Shown piece by piece: positions 42,563 through 52,341 of a stretch of DNA of 64,000 nucleotides. The stretch spans positions 62,001 to 126,000 of the IMG/VR virus record IMGVR_UViG_3300044644_001125. One strand, given 5' to 3'. The translations under genes and the position numbers were made by a program. Under the pieces are notes generated by a model. It saw only the letters and a program-made list of their open reading frames with translations, made no database searches and was not told the origin of the DNA. Within the stretch, counting starts at the first letter, position 1. Every line of letters starts with the position of its first letter.

Positions 42563-42875
42563 CTCCAATTGCTCGATGGATTTCTTGTGCAATTACTAGA
42601 GGGATTCTGAGGAGAATCCAGGAGAAGAAGCAAAGACCAAGGAAGCCACCAAAGGCATAAGGAGAAGATCAACAAATCTCTTCTCCCTTAGGGAGACACT
42701 TTTTCGGTCTGCAGGCCGCATTCTATATATACCTGATTATGACAGTTATGTTACAAGCTCGTGCCTACCGGCACTCGCAATCGAAAAAATTCACACACTA
42801 GTCAACCCAGGGAACTTTTCAGGCAATAAAAAGGCAGAACTAAGTCTGCCTGTGTATGAGTCAAATACATCATTG

Positions 42876-43367
42876 TTATAGGTATGAATCCACCTTAACT
42901 ACTTTAATACAATTACCTTCATCTTCGGTAACGGTAAAATCAGAAACAAATGCATCTGGTCTTAGCAAATACGCTTCGGAGATTGGTTCTTTGTACCAAA
43001 CAGCCAACCCATTAAATATAGAATACGATCTATGAATTGCTTTACATGACCAGCATCTATTACCATACTTATTTTCCCATCCATGATCTTCCGTACCTTT
43101 TAAAACTTCACCATACAATTCTATCTCATAGGTTGGAATAACTCGTTTAATAAGATTAACATTGTTTATGGCAGTCCAACGATTAAACAACTGTGGATTA
43201 GTATGAAACTTTGGTATATACCACGATTTCTGCTCGGGTGACCAACAGGCACCAAGTTTCTTCGCTATGGGTTTATGTGTAAATGGTACATCAATTATTA
43301 TACCACCCGAAAAATGTAACGATTGCTTTTTCCTTTTTTCCTCACGGAATTTTTCAAGAATATTCAT
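42876..43367 (-). CDS. DUF5710-like domain protein
   Basis: IDVPFTHKPIAKKLGACW....KSWYIP. Confidence 0.7.
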   Translation of the reverse strand: MNILEKFREEKRKKQSLHFSGGIIIDVPFTHKPIAKKLGACWSPEQKSWYIPKFHTNPQLFNRWTAINNVNLIKRVIPTYEIELYGEVLKGTEDHGWENKYGNRCWSCKAIHRSYSIFNGLAVWYKEPISEAYLLRPDAFVSDFTVTEDEGNCIKVVKVDSYL

Positions 43368-43770
43368 AATTCACACCTAAAAGATAATTGCCAACTATTA
43401 ACTCTATACACACATATACACACGTATATACACCAACATGCACAGCGGGTATACTACAAGCTATTACCAAACTTATCCACTGGCTTACCTATTCGATCAC
43501 ACTCAACCAGAGGTACCGTCACTGTTATACGGATTGACAACACCATTACTATCAACAAAAACACTATACACAAAATTACATTATCTCTACTCATAAAACT
43601 CTCCTATACGTATGGGTACATAACGCTACAGCGGGTATATTACCCTAAAAGATAATGGGCATACAGCATCTCCCAATACTGTACACCCAACTGTTGTAAA
43701 ACTATTCTTTATTATATCCAACTATATACCTATAGTCAAGATATATTGCGAGCACCGCTAGGTGCGAGCC

Positions 43771-44373
43771 TTAGTCAAAAACAAACAACTGCTTAACGGT
43801 TTTAGCTCTAGTTAAGGCTGGGTAATCACCATACCAGTTCTTATAACAAATTCTGAAACTAGTCGCATTGGCATATCCACACTTACTAGCAATGTCATCT
43901 ACTGAAGCATATCGACCACTATCCAACAACGACTTAGCCAATGTCATACGCACATCTCTACTTACCATAGAAAACGTGTTATCAAAGAAGGCACTAAACA
44001 AAGCATCTACCTTATGCACAGGTAACCCAGCTGCCAAGTATACCCCTTCCTTATCCACACCAGCCTCAATCTTAGCTACTAACTTCTGAATCAATGCCAA
44101 GTCACTCATCTGATAACCAGCAGCTGCCACTCTCTCAGTTAAATCAGCAGCAGTTGGCTTGTATCGCATGTTAGTATATAGGGTCTGCAACGCAGTATTC
44201 ACTAATAATGAATTACCAGACATCAACCCACTACGCAATTCCGCTACCGGTAAAGTTTTACCTAGGGCTAAACCCAACTCCACATGAAACGCACTTGCCT
44301 CTTCTTCAGTCAACCCTTCTGCCGCTGCCCAACTAAATGTTTTAACTGCTTCGATTTTAATCATTGTATACAC
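43771..44373 (-). CDS. AraC-type HTH protein
   Basis: RMTLAKSLL..SVDDIASKCGYANATSFRICYKNWYGDYP. Confidence 0.75.
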   Translation of the reverse strand: MYTMIKIEAVKTFSWAAAEGLTEEEASAFHVELGLALGKTLPVAELRSGLMSGNSLLVNTALQTLYTNMRYKPTAADLTERVAAAGYQMSDLALIQKLVAKIEAGVDKEGVYLAAGLPVHKVDALFSAFFDNTFSMVSRDVRMTLAKSLLDSGRYASVDDIASKCGYANATSFRICYKNWYGDYPALTRAKTVKQLFVFD

Positions 44374-44790
44374 CTATCTGTAATTGTTAATCTGTTGAGA
44401 AATGTTATTCTGTAAGTTAGATAACTGATAATTAAACATACTGTTCATTGCACCAAGTACCGCAACACCAATTCCTTCCTGTACTACCTTCTGGATAGTC
44501 GCATTAACCTCTTCCGTATGACTACCAATGTACTCCCGAACAGCCGCTTGAACATTAGCCTCCATTACCTCCTTTACTAACTCATGCAACAACGGTGGTA
44601 TCGTCGCTGGCTCACCAGCATTATAATAGGATGCATGTTTTGGATTCGAACGAGGTTTAAAGAATACCTCCTCCAAGGATCTATCCACCATCTTAGTCAA
44701 ATCCTCATCAGAGATCAAATCACCTATCGAATCCCTAATACGTTCCTTCATCCGCTGCTCAAACGTCTTACTTTCTACTATGTCTGTCAT
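44374..44790 (-). CDS. Hypothetical protein
   Basis: 138-aa helical ORF between AraC paralogs. Confidence 0.65.
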   Translation of the reverse strand: MTDIVESKTFEQRMKERIRDSIGDLISDEDLTKMVDRSLEEVFFKPRSNPKHASYYNAGEPATIPPLLHELVKEVMEANVQAAVREYIGSHTEEVNATIQKVVQEGIGVAVLGAMNSMFNYQLSNLQNNISQQINNYR

Positions 44791-44900
44791 TCTATCACCT
44801 TCAAAGGTTTATGTCAAGTATTTTTTACTTGGTTGTTACTCGTGGGTTGCGAGTGCCGATAGGCACGAGCCATTGACTCGCACCTATCGGTGCTCGTAAC

Positions 44901-45605
44901 TTATGCGTGTACTAACTCTGCCAACGCTTTCTTACCCTTCTCACGCTGCGCATTCTGTCTGTACTCCAATGGCGAAACACCCATCAACTGCCCAAAAGCA
45001 CTGCGGAACCCGGCTTTAGAAAATGCCAATGATTTTGCCACATCCGAGATCTTAGCAATTGACCCATCTTCTAACATCTTAGCACCACGCATCAAGGTAA
45101 TCTCACGATGCGTAGATGCAAACGTACCCTCAAAGAATACTTCGAATAACTTCTCAAACTGGAATGGTCTCAATCCCAAGTCTCGTTGCATCTTATCCTG
45201 CTTTAAGTTAACATAGGTAGATAACATAGTCACTACGTTCTTTGCTACTGATAACTCTTCACCAGTAAATCCTGCAGCAGCAATACGACCTGCCAAGTCA
45301 GATTCTTCTGGGGTATACTTCGTACCAGTATAAAGTTCACCTAGGGCCTGTTTAGCCAACTTGATGTCACTGCTAGATGGTGCAGCCTTAGCTACCACCT
45401 TCTTTACGTCAGGTTGTACCACTGGGTCTACTACCTCAGCACTAGCCTTTAACTCAGCCACCGGTAACTTCGTATGGGTTTGTCCCAGTGCAATTGTAAA
45501 GTCTTTAAGGAACTGCTCCGCTTCTTCCCTACTAGCATTTACTCCTGCCTTCCAATTGTATGTTTCTACGGTAATAGTGTGCTTTGATACTTGAACTAAA
45601 CTCAT
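44901..45605 (-). CDS. AraC-type HTH protein
   Basis: KISDVAKSLAFSKAGFRSAFGQLMGVSPLEYR. Confidence 0.8.
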   Translation of the reverse strand: MSLVQVSKHTITVETYNWKAGVNASREEAEQFLKDFTIALGQTHTKLPVAELKASAEVVDPVVQPDVKKVVAKAAPSSSDIKLAKQALGELYTGTKYTPEESDLAGRIAAAGFTGEELSVAKNVVTMLSTYVNLKQDKMQRDLGLRPFQFEKLFEVFFEGTFASTHREITLMRGAKMLEDGSIAKISDVAKSLAFSKAGFRSAFGQLMGVSPLEYRQNAQREKGKKALAELVHA

Positions 45606-46180
45606 GGTTTATCCTTGTTGTGGTTGTGAAAGATTGTATGTTACTCTGTTTTCTACTTGCTGTCAACTTCTTTTTGCGATTTTCTCCCTGGGAAAACTTT
45701 GAAATCTTCCTAAAAGATAACTTTTCTACAATACCCAACATAACCAAATCCTCTACAGGCCTTGAATTTACTGGGTTCCTTATTTCTTCCATCTTCAAAA
45801 CATTTTCAACTTTTTACAGGGAGAAAAACAGTACCTAAAAGATGATTTTCGTTCTAGTAATAATGCGGCCTGTAGCCCAGGGAACTCGGCTTCAACTTTC
45901 TCTAGGGGAGAAAGTCATCTTTTTTACTAATACCAACATCCTCTTTATGTTAGGTCTAGTAACAGATAAGGCAATCTGCACTGCATCGTCCTCTATCCAC
46001 AAGTTAACATACGGATTATCGTAGTACATATCATTAACATCCGCTATAGTCAAAGGTCTCCAGTGTTCAGCTTGGGCGAATGCGTATAGCTTCGCTTCCG
46101 TGTATGTCAACGGTATTGGTGCTATATGGGTTGTTTCTTGAGTTTCTTGGGTCGCGAGCACCGATAGGTGCGAGCCATTG

Positions 46181-46468
46181 TCAGTTGACATCTCGCACCG
46201 CCCGTATACTTGCTACCCTAGTCTTAACTATTCTACTAGTACTATTGTCACTGAAACTATGTGCTAACGCAAAGTTCTCCGCTTCATCCGAACTCCAGTA
46301 GTTAGATAGCGTAAAGTCGTTATCTTGCTTGTATATGTCGATAAGTTCCGCTAACGTCGGCAATCTCCAGTTATCGTGCTCATTTACTCGCATACTCTTT
46401 ATTATAAGGGTGGCCTCGTACCAATCTCCAAACATTTCAGCCTCCCTAGGTGATACTTCTATACTCAT
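46181..46468 (-). CDS. Mini DUF1566/C-lectin-fold protein
   Basis: NWRLPTLAEL, YWSS, IRAVRD. Confidence 0.75.
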   Translation of the reverse strand: MSIEVSPREAEMFGDWYEATLIIKSMRVNEHDNWRLPTLAELIDIYKQDNDFTLSNYWSSDEAENFALAHSFSDNSTSRIVKTRVASIRAVRDVN

Positions 46469-46868
46469 TGTGAATTCTCCTAGTGGTTTGTCTCAATATA
46501 GCCCATTTTGAGGGTGCTGTCAAGTGATCTTTTAGCGTAAGATAGCGTACTTTAGAAAAAAGTTTTCGACTTTTAAAAACACTTCATCGATGTCGATCGA
46601 GTATAAACAATATGGGATAAAGGGAAAAAACACACACGAAAATACTCCAGATTTATAAACGTAAGTCATTGATTTATAAGGGTTAAATACGTGTATTTTT
46701 GGTTATTTTCATGCTAAATACTGGTTTTAGGCTCCTTCGCATTCGCTCAGTCGCAAGTCAAATATCGACTAAAAATCAGTAATATTCGAACAAATGCTCG
46801 TGCCTAGCGGCACTCGCAACTGTATTATGTAAGGTATTATATAGGGTATTATGTAAGTCAATTATCTT

Positions 46869-47156
46869 TTAGAGGTCTCTGACTGCTCTTACATAGCCGT
46901 CATTGTTCTTACTGTATTGATACTGGCAGCCATTACCGAAGTTCAGACCTGCTACTCGGAAGTCATCCCATACATCAGATGACCAGTAGTAGGCAGGAGC
47001 GAAATCGTTTTTTGATCTTCCTATTATAATGAGTTCTTCCTCGGTAGGTAAACGCCATCCAGTTTTGTTGTTTGTATTGAGTGCGAAGCAGTAGAGTTTT
47101 GCATCTTCCCACGTGAGTTTTGCTACAGTTTCTTTAGGTGCTATTTCGAATTTCAT
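46869..47156 (-). CDS. Mini DUF1566/C-lectin-fold protein
   Basis: GWRLPT, YWSS, YVRAVRDL. Confidence 0.8.
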   Translation of the reverse strand: MKFEIAPKETVAKLTWEDAKLYCFALNTNNKTGWRLPTEEELIIIGRSKNDFAPAYYWSSDVWDDFRVAGLNFGNGCQYQYSKNNDGYVRAVRDL

Positions 47157-47470
47157 GTTAAGTCTCTTACTGCACGCACGTAGCTGATGTAATTCTTGCC
47201 GTAGTTACTGAGCTGAACACCATTCGATAAATTCTGACACCAGGCGTAGTTAGCATTGTACTCAGAAGACGACCAGTAGAAGGAATCAACAAAGTCCCAG
47301 TAGTAGGTACAGCCAAAGTCATTTTTGTATTCATAGATATGATTTAATTCATCTTTAGTGGGTAATCGCCATCCAGTCTTACCATCGATATTAAGAGAAA
47401 AGCAGTAGAGCTTGGCATCAAACCAATTGAGAAATGCCTCTGTTTCTTTTGGACTTATTTCGAATTTCAT
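47153..47470 (-). CDS. Mini DUF1566/C-lectin-fold protein
   Basis: GWRLPT, YWSSSEYNANYAW, YVRAVRD. Confidence 0.8.
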   Translation of the reverse strand: MKFEISPKETEAFLNWFDAKLYCFSLNIDGKTGWRLPTKDELNHIYEYKNDFGCTYYWDFVDSFYWSSSEYNANYAWCQNLSNGVQLSNYGKNYISYVRAVRDLT

Positions 47471-47760
47471 TGTAAATCCCTGATTGCTCTTACGTAGTTG
47501 TAGTCATAATCTTTAGCCCCATCAAATTGACCACCAGTACCAAACGACTGAAACCATGCTTTTGAGCCATCGACCTCGGTAGAGGACCAATATCCCCATT
47601 TTTCAAAATCATGTTTTGTATCGAATATTTTATCTAGTTCTTCAAATGTTGGTAATCTCCAACCGGTTTTACCATTTATACGAAGAGCAAAGCAATACAA
47701 CTTGGCATCATCCCAATTGGCTTGGATCTCTGTTTCCTTGGGTGCTATTTCGATGTTCAT
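47467..47760 (-). CDS. Mini DUF1566/C-lectin-fold protein
   Basis: GWRLPT, YWSSTE, YVRAIRD. Confidence 0.8.
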   Translation of the reverse strand: MNIEIAPKETEIQANWDDAKLYCFALRINGKTGWRLPTFEELDKIFDTKHDFEKWGYWSSTEVDGSKAWFQSFGTGGQFDGAKDYDYNYVRAIRDLQ

Positions 47761-48335
47761 GATGGTTTCCTAAAAGATAATGGAACCATGCGCGTAGGTT
47801 AGTACGCGCGATTGTCTGGTTGACTATCTGAATAGTCGTTTAATGTCTGGTATAATATCTTTAAATGAAAGTACTAACAGTCCAATTACAATACATGGTA
47901 GTATTGTTGGCCATGCGATTACTGCTATAAGTTTTGTTATAACTCGTAATAGTCGGTTTGTAATCCAATCAAATAATCCATCGTAATCCATGTTTATGAT
48001 CCAAAACATTCCCATAAACAGCCAAAAAATTCCTATTAGTACAAGATCTATCATAGTAATCTCCTAGTCAAATAAGTACTGCCAAAATCAATCCGATTGT
48101 CCAGAATGCTTGCGAAGTTGTTTGAGTTCTGGGTTTCTGTATAGAATCCATTTAAGCCGCAACTTGTTAAAACATACTTTTATCCAATCAACGGCTTCCA
48201 TGAGGTAATATATTGGAATCATCCAAAGACAATGGTATCCAAACTTGTTATGCATGTTGTTCTCCTGTTTAGGTTTAAGATGTGGTTAGTATACTGGATT
48301 AATTATGAATGTCAAGCAAATTATGGGTTGGTGTT

Positions 48336-48821
48336 TCAATCTATATATTCAGTTACTCCACGACTTACTGTTAACTGATTGATAATTTGATCATCAGTTT
48401 TAGCTTCACACAATTTTTCATTTACTTTACCCCAGTGAAAAGTAGAATTATACTGCCTATTAAAAATGGGGTTTAGTTGACTAATTAACGATATTTCTAA
48501 TATCTCAGCATTAGTGATGTTTTTGGTAATGCATACATCAACATTATCCATCAAAGGAGTAACCTTTTGTAAATCAGTTAAATTGTATTTTAACAAGTTG
48601 CTAACGTTAGATAACGTTAAATGCGTTGACAGTCTAGTTCGTAAATTAGCAGCCTTGCCAATGTAGAGTAACTCTGATTGTTTAGTATATATCAAGTATA
48701 CTCCGCAATTATCAGGTCGGTTAATTTCAACTGGTACATCAATGTTATATTTGAACCAGTTCTTTATATTAACTCTATCATATTCAATGCTAATATTGGT
48801 AGTTTCTTTCATCTGTTTCAC
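48336..48821 (-). CDS. GIY-YIG (UvrC N-terminal-like) nuclease
   Basis: GVY...LYIGKA.NLR.RL..H, E..LI....P.FN. Confidence 0.85.
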   Translation of the reverse strand: MKQMKETTNISIEYDRVNIKNWFKYNIDVPVEINRPDNCGVYLIYTKQSELLYIGKAANLRTRLSTHLTLSNVSNLLKYNLTDLQKVTPLMDNVDVCITKNITNAEILEISLISQLNPIFNRQYNSTFHWGKVNEKLCEAKTDDQIINQLTVSRGVTEYID

Positions 48822-48891
48822 TCAGGAAGTTGACTCTATGGCTCGCCACTAGCGTGGCTCGCAAGATTGTATAATTACATGTAAGAAGGTT

Positions 48892-49308
48892 TTAGTCAAG
48901 GCTATTGATGAAATCGGTATATTTGGTTTTGTATTTTGGGTTAAGTTGAATCGCTGGTTCGCCTAGTTCGAAACGCCCTTTAATAACTTCTGAAGCATAC
49001 CAGTAAGAGTATGATGCACCAGTTGCAATCGCTGGTTCGCCTAGTTCGAAACGTCCATTAATAAAATCAGCATATTCATAAGATGTTTCTGCGTCGGTTG
49101 CAATGGCAGGTTCGCCTAGTTCAAAACGTCCATTGAGTATACTACACGCATAACAGTAAGCACTTCTCGGATCTGATGCAATAATCTCTACAAGTTCTGG
49201 AATGCGAGTATGCGTTTCCTCGTCGGTGTAAGCCTGGCGAATAGTGTCTAAAATATCGAGTGCTGCAAGCGGTGTTGGTTTAGAAGGTAAGGTGAGTTGA
49301 AAAGTCAT
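48892..49308 (-). CDS. Internal-repeat protein
   Basis: Three GRFELGEPAI repeats. Confidence 0.75.
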   Translation of the reverse strand: MTFQLTLPSKPTPLAALDILDTIRQAYTDEETHTRIPELVEIIASDPRSAYCYACSILNGRFELGEPAIATDAETSYEYADFINGRFELGEPAIATGASYSYWYASEVIKGRFELGEPAIQLNPKYKTKYTDFINSLD

Positions 49309-49356
49309 GATTGTTCTCCGAGGTTGTTTAAGTTGTGGTTAGTATACTGAATTAAT

Positions 49357-49608
49357 TTAGGATGTCAAGTGTTTTTCATTATCTTTTAGATCTCTTACTG
49401 GTATGCAGGTTGCTGTATTATGATCAAAGTAATTGCAATTTTGAAAAAGTACATTGTACCGGTCTGGTAGTTCAAAGACGTATTCTTTATCTGTCGGTAA
49501 TCGCCATCCAATTTTACCATCAATATTAAGTGAGAAGCAATAGACCAATGCTTCCGAGTAGGTTATTTCTTCTTTGTGATATTCTTCTGGTGCTATTTCG
49601 ATGGCCAT
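49357..49608 (-). CDS. Mini DUF1566-like protein
   Basis: YCFSLNIDGKIGWRLPT...IPVRDL. Confidence 0.75.
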   Translation of the reverse strand: MAIEIAPEEYHKEEITYSEALVYCFSLNIDGKIGWRLPTDKEYVFELPDRYNVLFQNCNYFDHNTATCIPVRDLKDNEKHLTS

Positions 49609-49672
49609 GCGATTCTCTAAAAGATAATTGAGTTACCGTGTATTATACCGAAACAATCAATTATGTCAATAA

Positions 49673-49700
49673 CAAAAAAGGGTATCTTTCGATACCCTTG
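49673..49700 (-). terminator. Intrinsic terminator
   Basis: AAGGGTATC/GATACCCTT stem with A-run on + strand. Confidence 0.7.
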
Positions 49701-49704
49701 TAGA

Positions 49705-50424
49705 TTAGCAGTTCCACTTTCTCAGTGCCAGTGCTTTTCTGGTTGGCTTGCCATGTTCATCCTTCATTGGTCCTTTCATACCACTCATTCTAGCACAGAA
49801 ACTTTTACGTCGTTTGGCTGCTTTGCTACCTGGTTTGAGTTTACTTGGTTTAGTAGTGACTGCTGTTTGAAGTTTACTTCCAGGGTGTTCTCTGCGATAG
49901 CTAGCTACACCTTTCTTGTTCAAACCACCTCGTTTGTTCTTGCCTTCTTTACGTTGCCAAGCAGCTGTTTCAAAGAGTTCACGATCACTGACTGATTCAA
50001 AGTCTTCCCAAATGACGTCACTATCAACGTTATGTTGTATGGCTAAACTTTCTACCATGTCTTCGATCATGTCGAACATCTCGTCAACAGTTGGGTTGAC
50101 TCCTTGGTCTTCTTGACTTTGTAGGTAATCCCAAACAGAAACCAGCATGCTTTCTGCTTTTGCGATTTTCTCTTGAGCCCATTCTGGTAGGTTTTCATTG
50201 TCGTCAATTGTATCGAGAAGCCCATCAACTGCTCTTCGAAGCGTATGAAGATTGCTGTGAGCCATCCCAGCTTCGTCATCATATTCTGCATTGAAGTTTT
50301 CGTTTGGTACACAGTTATTGACTCGGATACCACCTTTCATCTTAGTACCTTCTTTGTGTTTGCCCTTCCAACAACTTGGGTCTAGGCGTTGTTTTGATTC
50401 TGTAATTAGTTCACTGATGCGCAT
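49705..50424 (-). CDS. Modular putative head internal protein with DUF6321-like C-terminus
   Basis: MRISELITE start; AAWQRKEGK..GGLN..G...RKSFCARM...W.C; TAAATA upstream. Confidence 0.7.
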   Translation of the reverse strand: MRISELITESKQRLDPSCWKGKHKEGTKMKGGIRVNNCVPNENFNAEYDDEAGMAHSNLHTLRRAVDGLLDTIDDNENLPEWAQEKIAKAESMLVSVWDYLQSQEDQGVNPTVDEMFDMIEDMVESLAIQHNVDSDVIWEDFESVSDRELFETAAWQRKEGKNKRGGLNKKGVASYRREHPGSKLQTAVTTKPSKLKPGSKAAKRRKSFCARMSGMKGPMKDEHGKPTRKALALRKWNC

Positions 50425-50493
50425 TTTGGTAATCCTCTTAGTTTTGTGTATTTATTTGGTGCTGGTAAGTTAAATACATGTTTAAGGTGTATT

Positions 50494-51210
50494 ATGAGAA
50501 TCGAAGAAATACTAAGTGAAGTAAAACTAAAGCCACGCATATCAAATAAGTCTACAAGTGGCGTTTTGAAATCACCGAACTTACAGTTTATCGCAACTGG
50601 TACCCAAGCTATTGCGTATTATCACAAAACGCATCCGAATACTGTTGTTAAAGTTGCTGCGGTATCTGGTGAAGGAGACCCCATTTGGCAGTTCTTGCGT
50701 ATTTGCATCAATAATCAAAAGAATCCGTATTTTCCAAAAATCTTTAACTACAAGATATTCAATTTAAAATCGATAACCGATGAAGAAGAAGCGTACTTGG
50801 AAAACAATCCAGAGTTTGAATACTTACCTATTCATGATAATAGAAAGATGCAAATACTAATGGTAACTGAACGGCTTGATGAAATCACTGCACCTGAGTT
50901 TGAACAAGCATTGAGTAAACTAGGATTAGACAAATTGATCAACTATACTAAAAGAAAATGGCAACCTGGTTACAGCTATCCATTAACAACAGAACTAATA
51001 TGGAAAATGTTAATGGATAAAGAAGTTGGTAGACGGTATTTACGGTCTGAATCAACTGACAAGCACTTTTCGGATGCCATTAGGCTATTGAGTCCATTGA
51101 TAGCAACCGGTAGAATGTATGCTGATGTTCATCTTGGGAATATGATGTTGAGAAAAGATGGGCATTTGGTATTTAATGATCCACTAGCTATTACCCTTTC
51201 AGATGAATAG
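50494..51210 (+). CDS. Protein-kinase-like protein, putative internal protein
   Basis: GTQAIAY Gly-loop, VVK, MVTERL, DVHLGN, VFNDP; starts MRIEEILSE; TAAATA upstream. Confidence 0.7.
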   Translation: MRIEEILSEVKLKPRISNKSTSGVLKSPNLQFIATGTQAIAYYHKTHPNTVVKVAAVSGEGDPIWQFLRICINNQKNPYFPKIFNYKIFNLKSITDEEEAYLENNPEFEYLPIHDNRKMQILMVTERLDEITAPEFEQALSKLGLDKLINYTKRKWQPGYSYPLTTELIWKMLMDKEVGRRYLRSESTDKHFSDAIRLLSPLIATGRMYADVHLGNMMLRKDGHLVFNDPLAITLSDE

Positions 51211-51234
51211 CAAACTCACATTCTCGGCAGGGAA

Positions 51235-51480
51235 CTAATCGACATCTCGCACTGGATAGCAAAAGTACTTTACGGTATCCAGTTCCGAATCCATCAATGA
51301 TGGTTTGTCTTCTTGCACCCAACCAATAGACAGCACTGGTTTGCTATTGCTATCGCGGAAGTCTTTATACGATGGTATTCTCCAACCAATCTTACCATCG
51401 ATGTTTAATGAAAAGCAATATAGTATTGATTCGTTCCACGTTATTTTTTTGTGGTATTCTTCTGGTGCTATTTCGATCAT
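51235..51480 (-). CDS. Mini DUF1566-like protein
   Basis: YCFSLNIDGKIGWRIPS...YPVRD. Confidence 0.75.
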   Translation of the reverse strand: MIEIAPEEYHKKITWNESILYCFSLNIDGKIGWRIPSYKDFRDSNSKPVLSIGWVQEDKPSLMDSELDTVKYFCYPVRDVD

Positions 51481-51534
51481 TGGTTTTCTCTAAAAGATAA
51501 TAAACAAACAGTCTACATTATCTTTTAGTTTCGG

Positions 51535-52341
51535 TCAACTTAAACTTGATTGATAATCAGTAAGATGTTGGTAGATTGATTTCAAGTATCTGCGGTATAC
51601 TTTCTCGTAGCCTGGTTCTTGTCTATTCTTAAAATCAGAATAGGTAGTTGCTTGCTTTGGAATTTCTTTTAGGAATACAGTAATAGCAGTGGCTTGTTCA
51701 GCTACAGGTAACTTGTGTATCTTATTGATTAGATCCGATGCAGCTTCTTGTGCGTATGCTGCTATTTCATCAGGTTGAGATTTGTAGATTTCGTGTGCTC
51801 TTACTTTCTCTTCTTCTGATTTGAATTCATCTTGAATCAAGGCTGTAAAGAATTTGATTTTGTCTTTTTCAATATAGCCACGTTTGTATTTGTATCGTTG
51901 TCCGTGACTTACTTGCGTAGCATGAGTAACTTCATGCAGGAATACTGAAGTCAAGTAACCAATGATAGTATCTAGTTCAGTAGAAACGTCAATCTTTTCT
52001 GTCAACTGTTTATATAGCAGTGTGATAAGTTTTGAAAGTACTTTAGGTGAAATAGTTATCGTGTTGGTGTCTTCGAGGTACTGGCCGGTTCCATTGGGTA
52101 GGGATTTAAACTGAATAGTAACCTCACTGTTTGTTATTTGTTTTGCGTAATCTGTTAGAATAGGTTTGATCGCATTAACAAACGCAGTATTGTACTTGAC
52201 CATAAACTGCATATCCATTTTCGCTGGCGGTTGCGTTGGCGTTTTGAATATCGTTGCAACAGCGGTGTGTAATGCTCGGTTAATCGTTGGTGTGTAGTTT
52301 GATAACGATATACGTTCACTTAAGATTTCTGCGATTCTCAT
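51535..52341 (-). CDS. Zincin-like metallopeptidase, putative internal protein
   Basis: HEVTHATQ (HExxH) and downstream PDEIAAYA; starts MRIAEILSE. Confidence 0.7.
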   Translation of the reverse strand: MRIAEILSERISLSNYTPTINRALHTAVATIFKTPTQPPAKMDMQFMVKYNTAFVNAIKPILTDYAKQITNSEVTIQFKSLPNGTGQYLEDTNTITISPKVLSKLITLLYKQLTEKIDVSTELDTIIGYLTSVFLHEVTHATQVSHGQRYKYKRGYIEKDKIKFFTALIQDEFKSEEEKVRAHEIYKSQPDEIAAYAQEAASDLINKIHKLPVAEQATAITVFLKEIPKQATTYSDFKNRQEPGYEKVYRRYLKSIYQHLTDYQSSLS

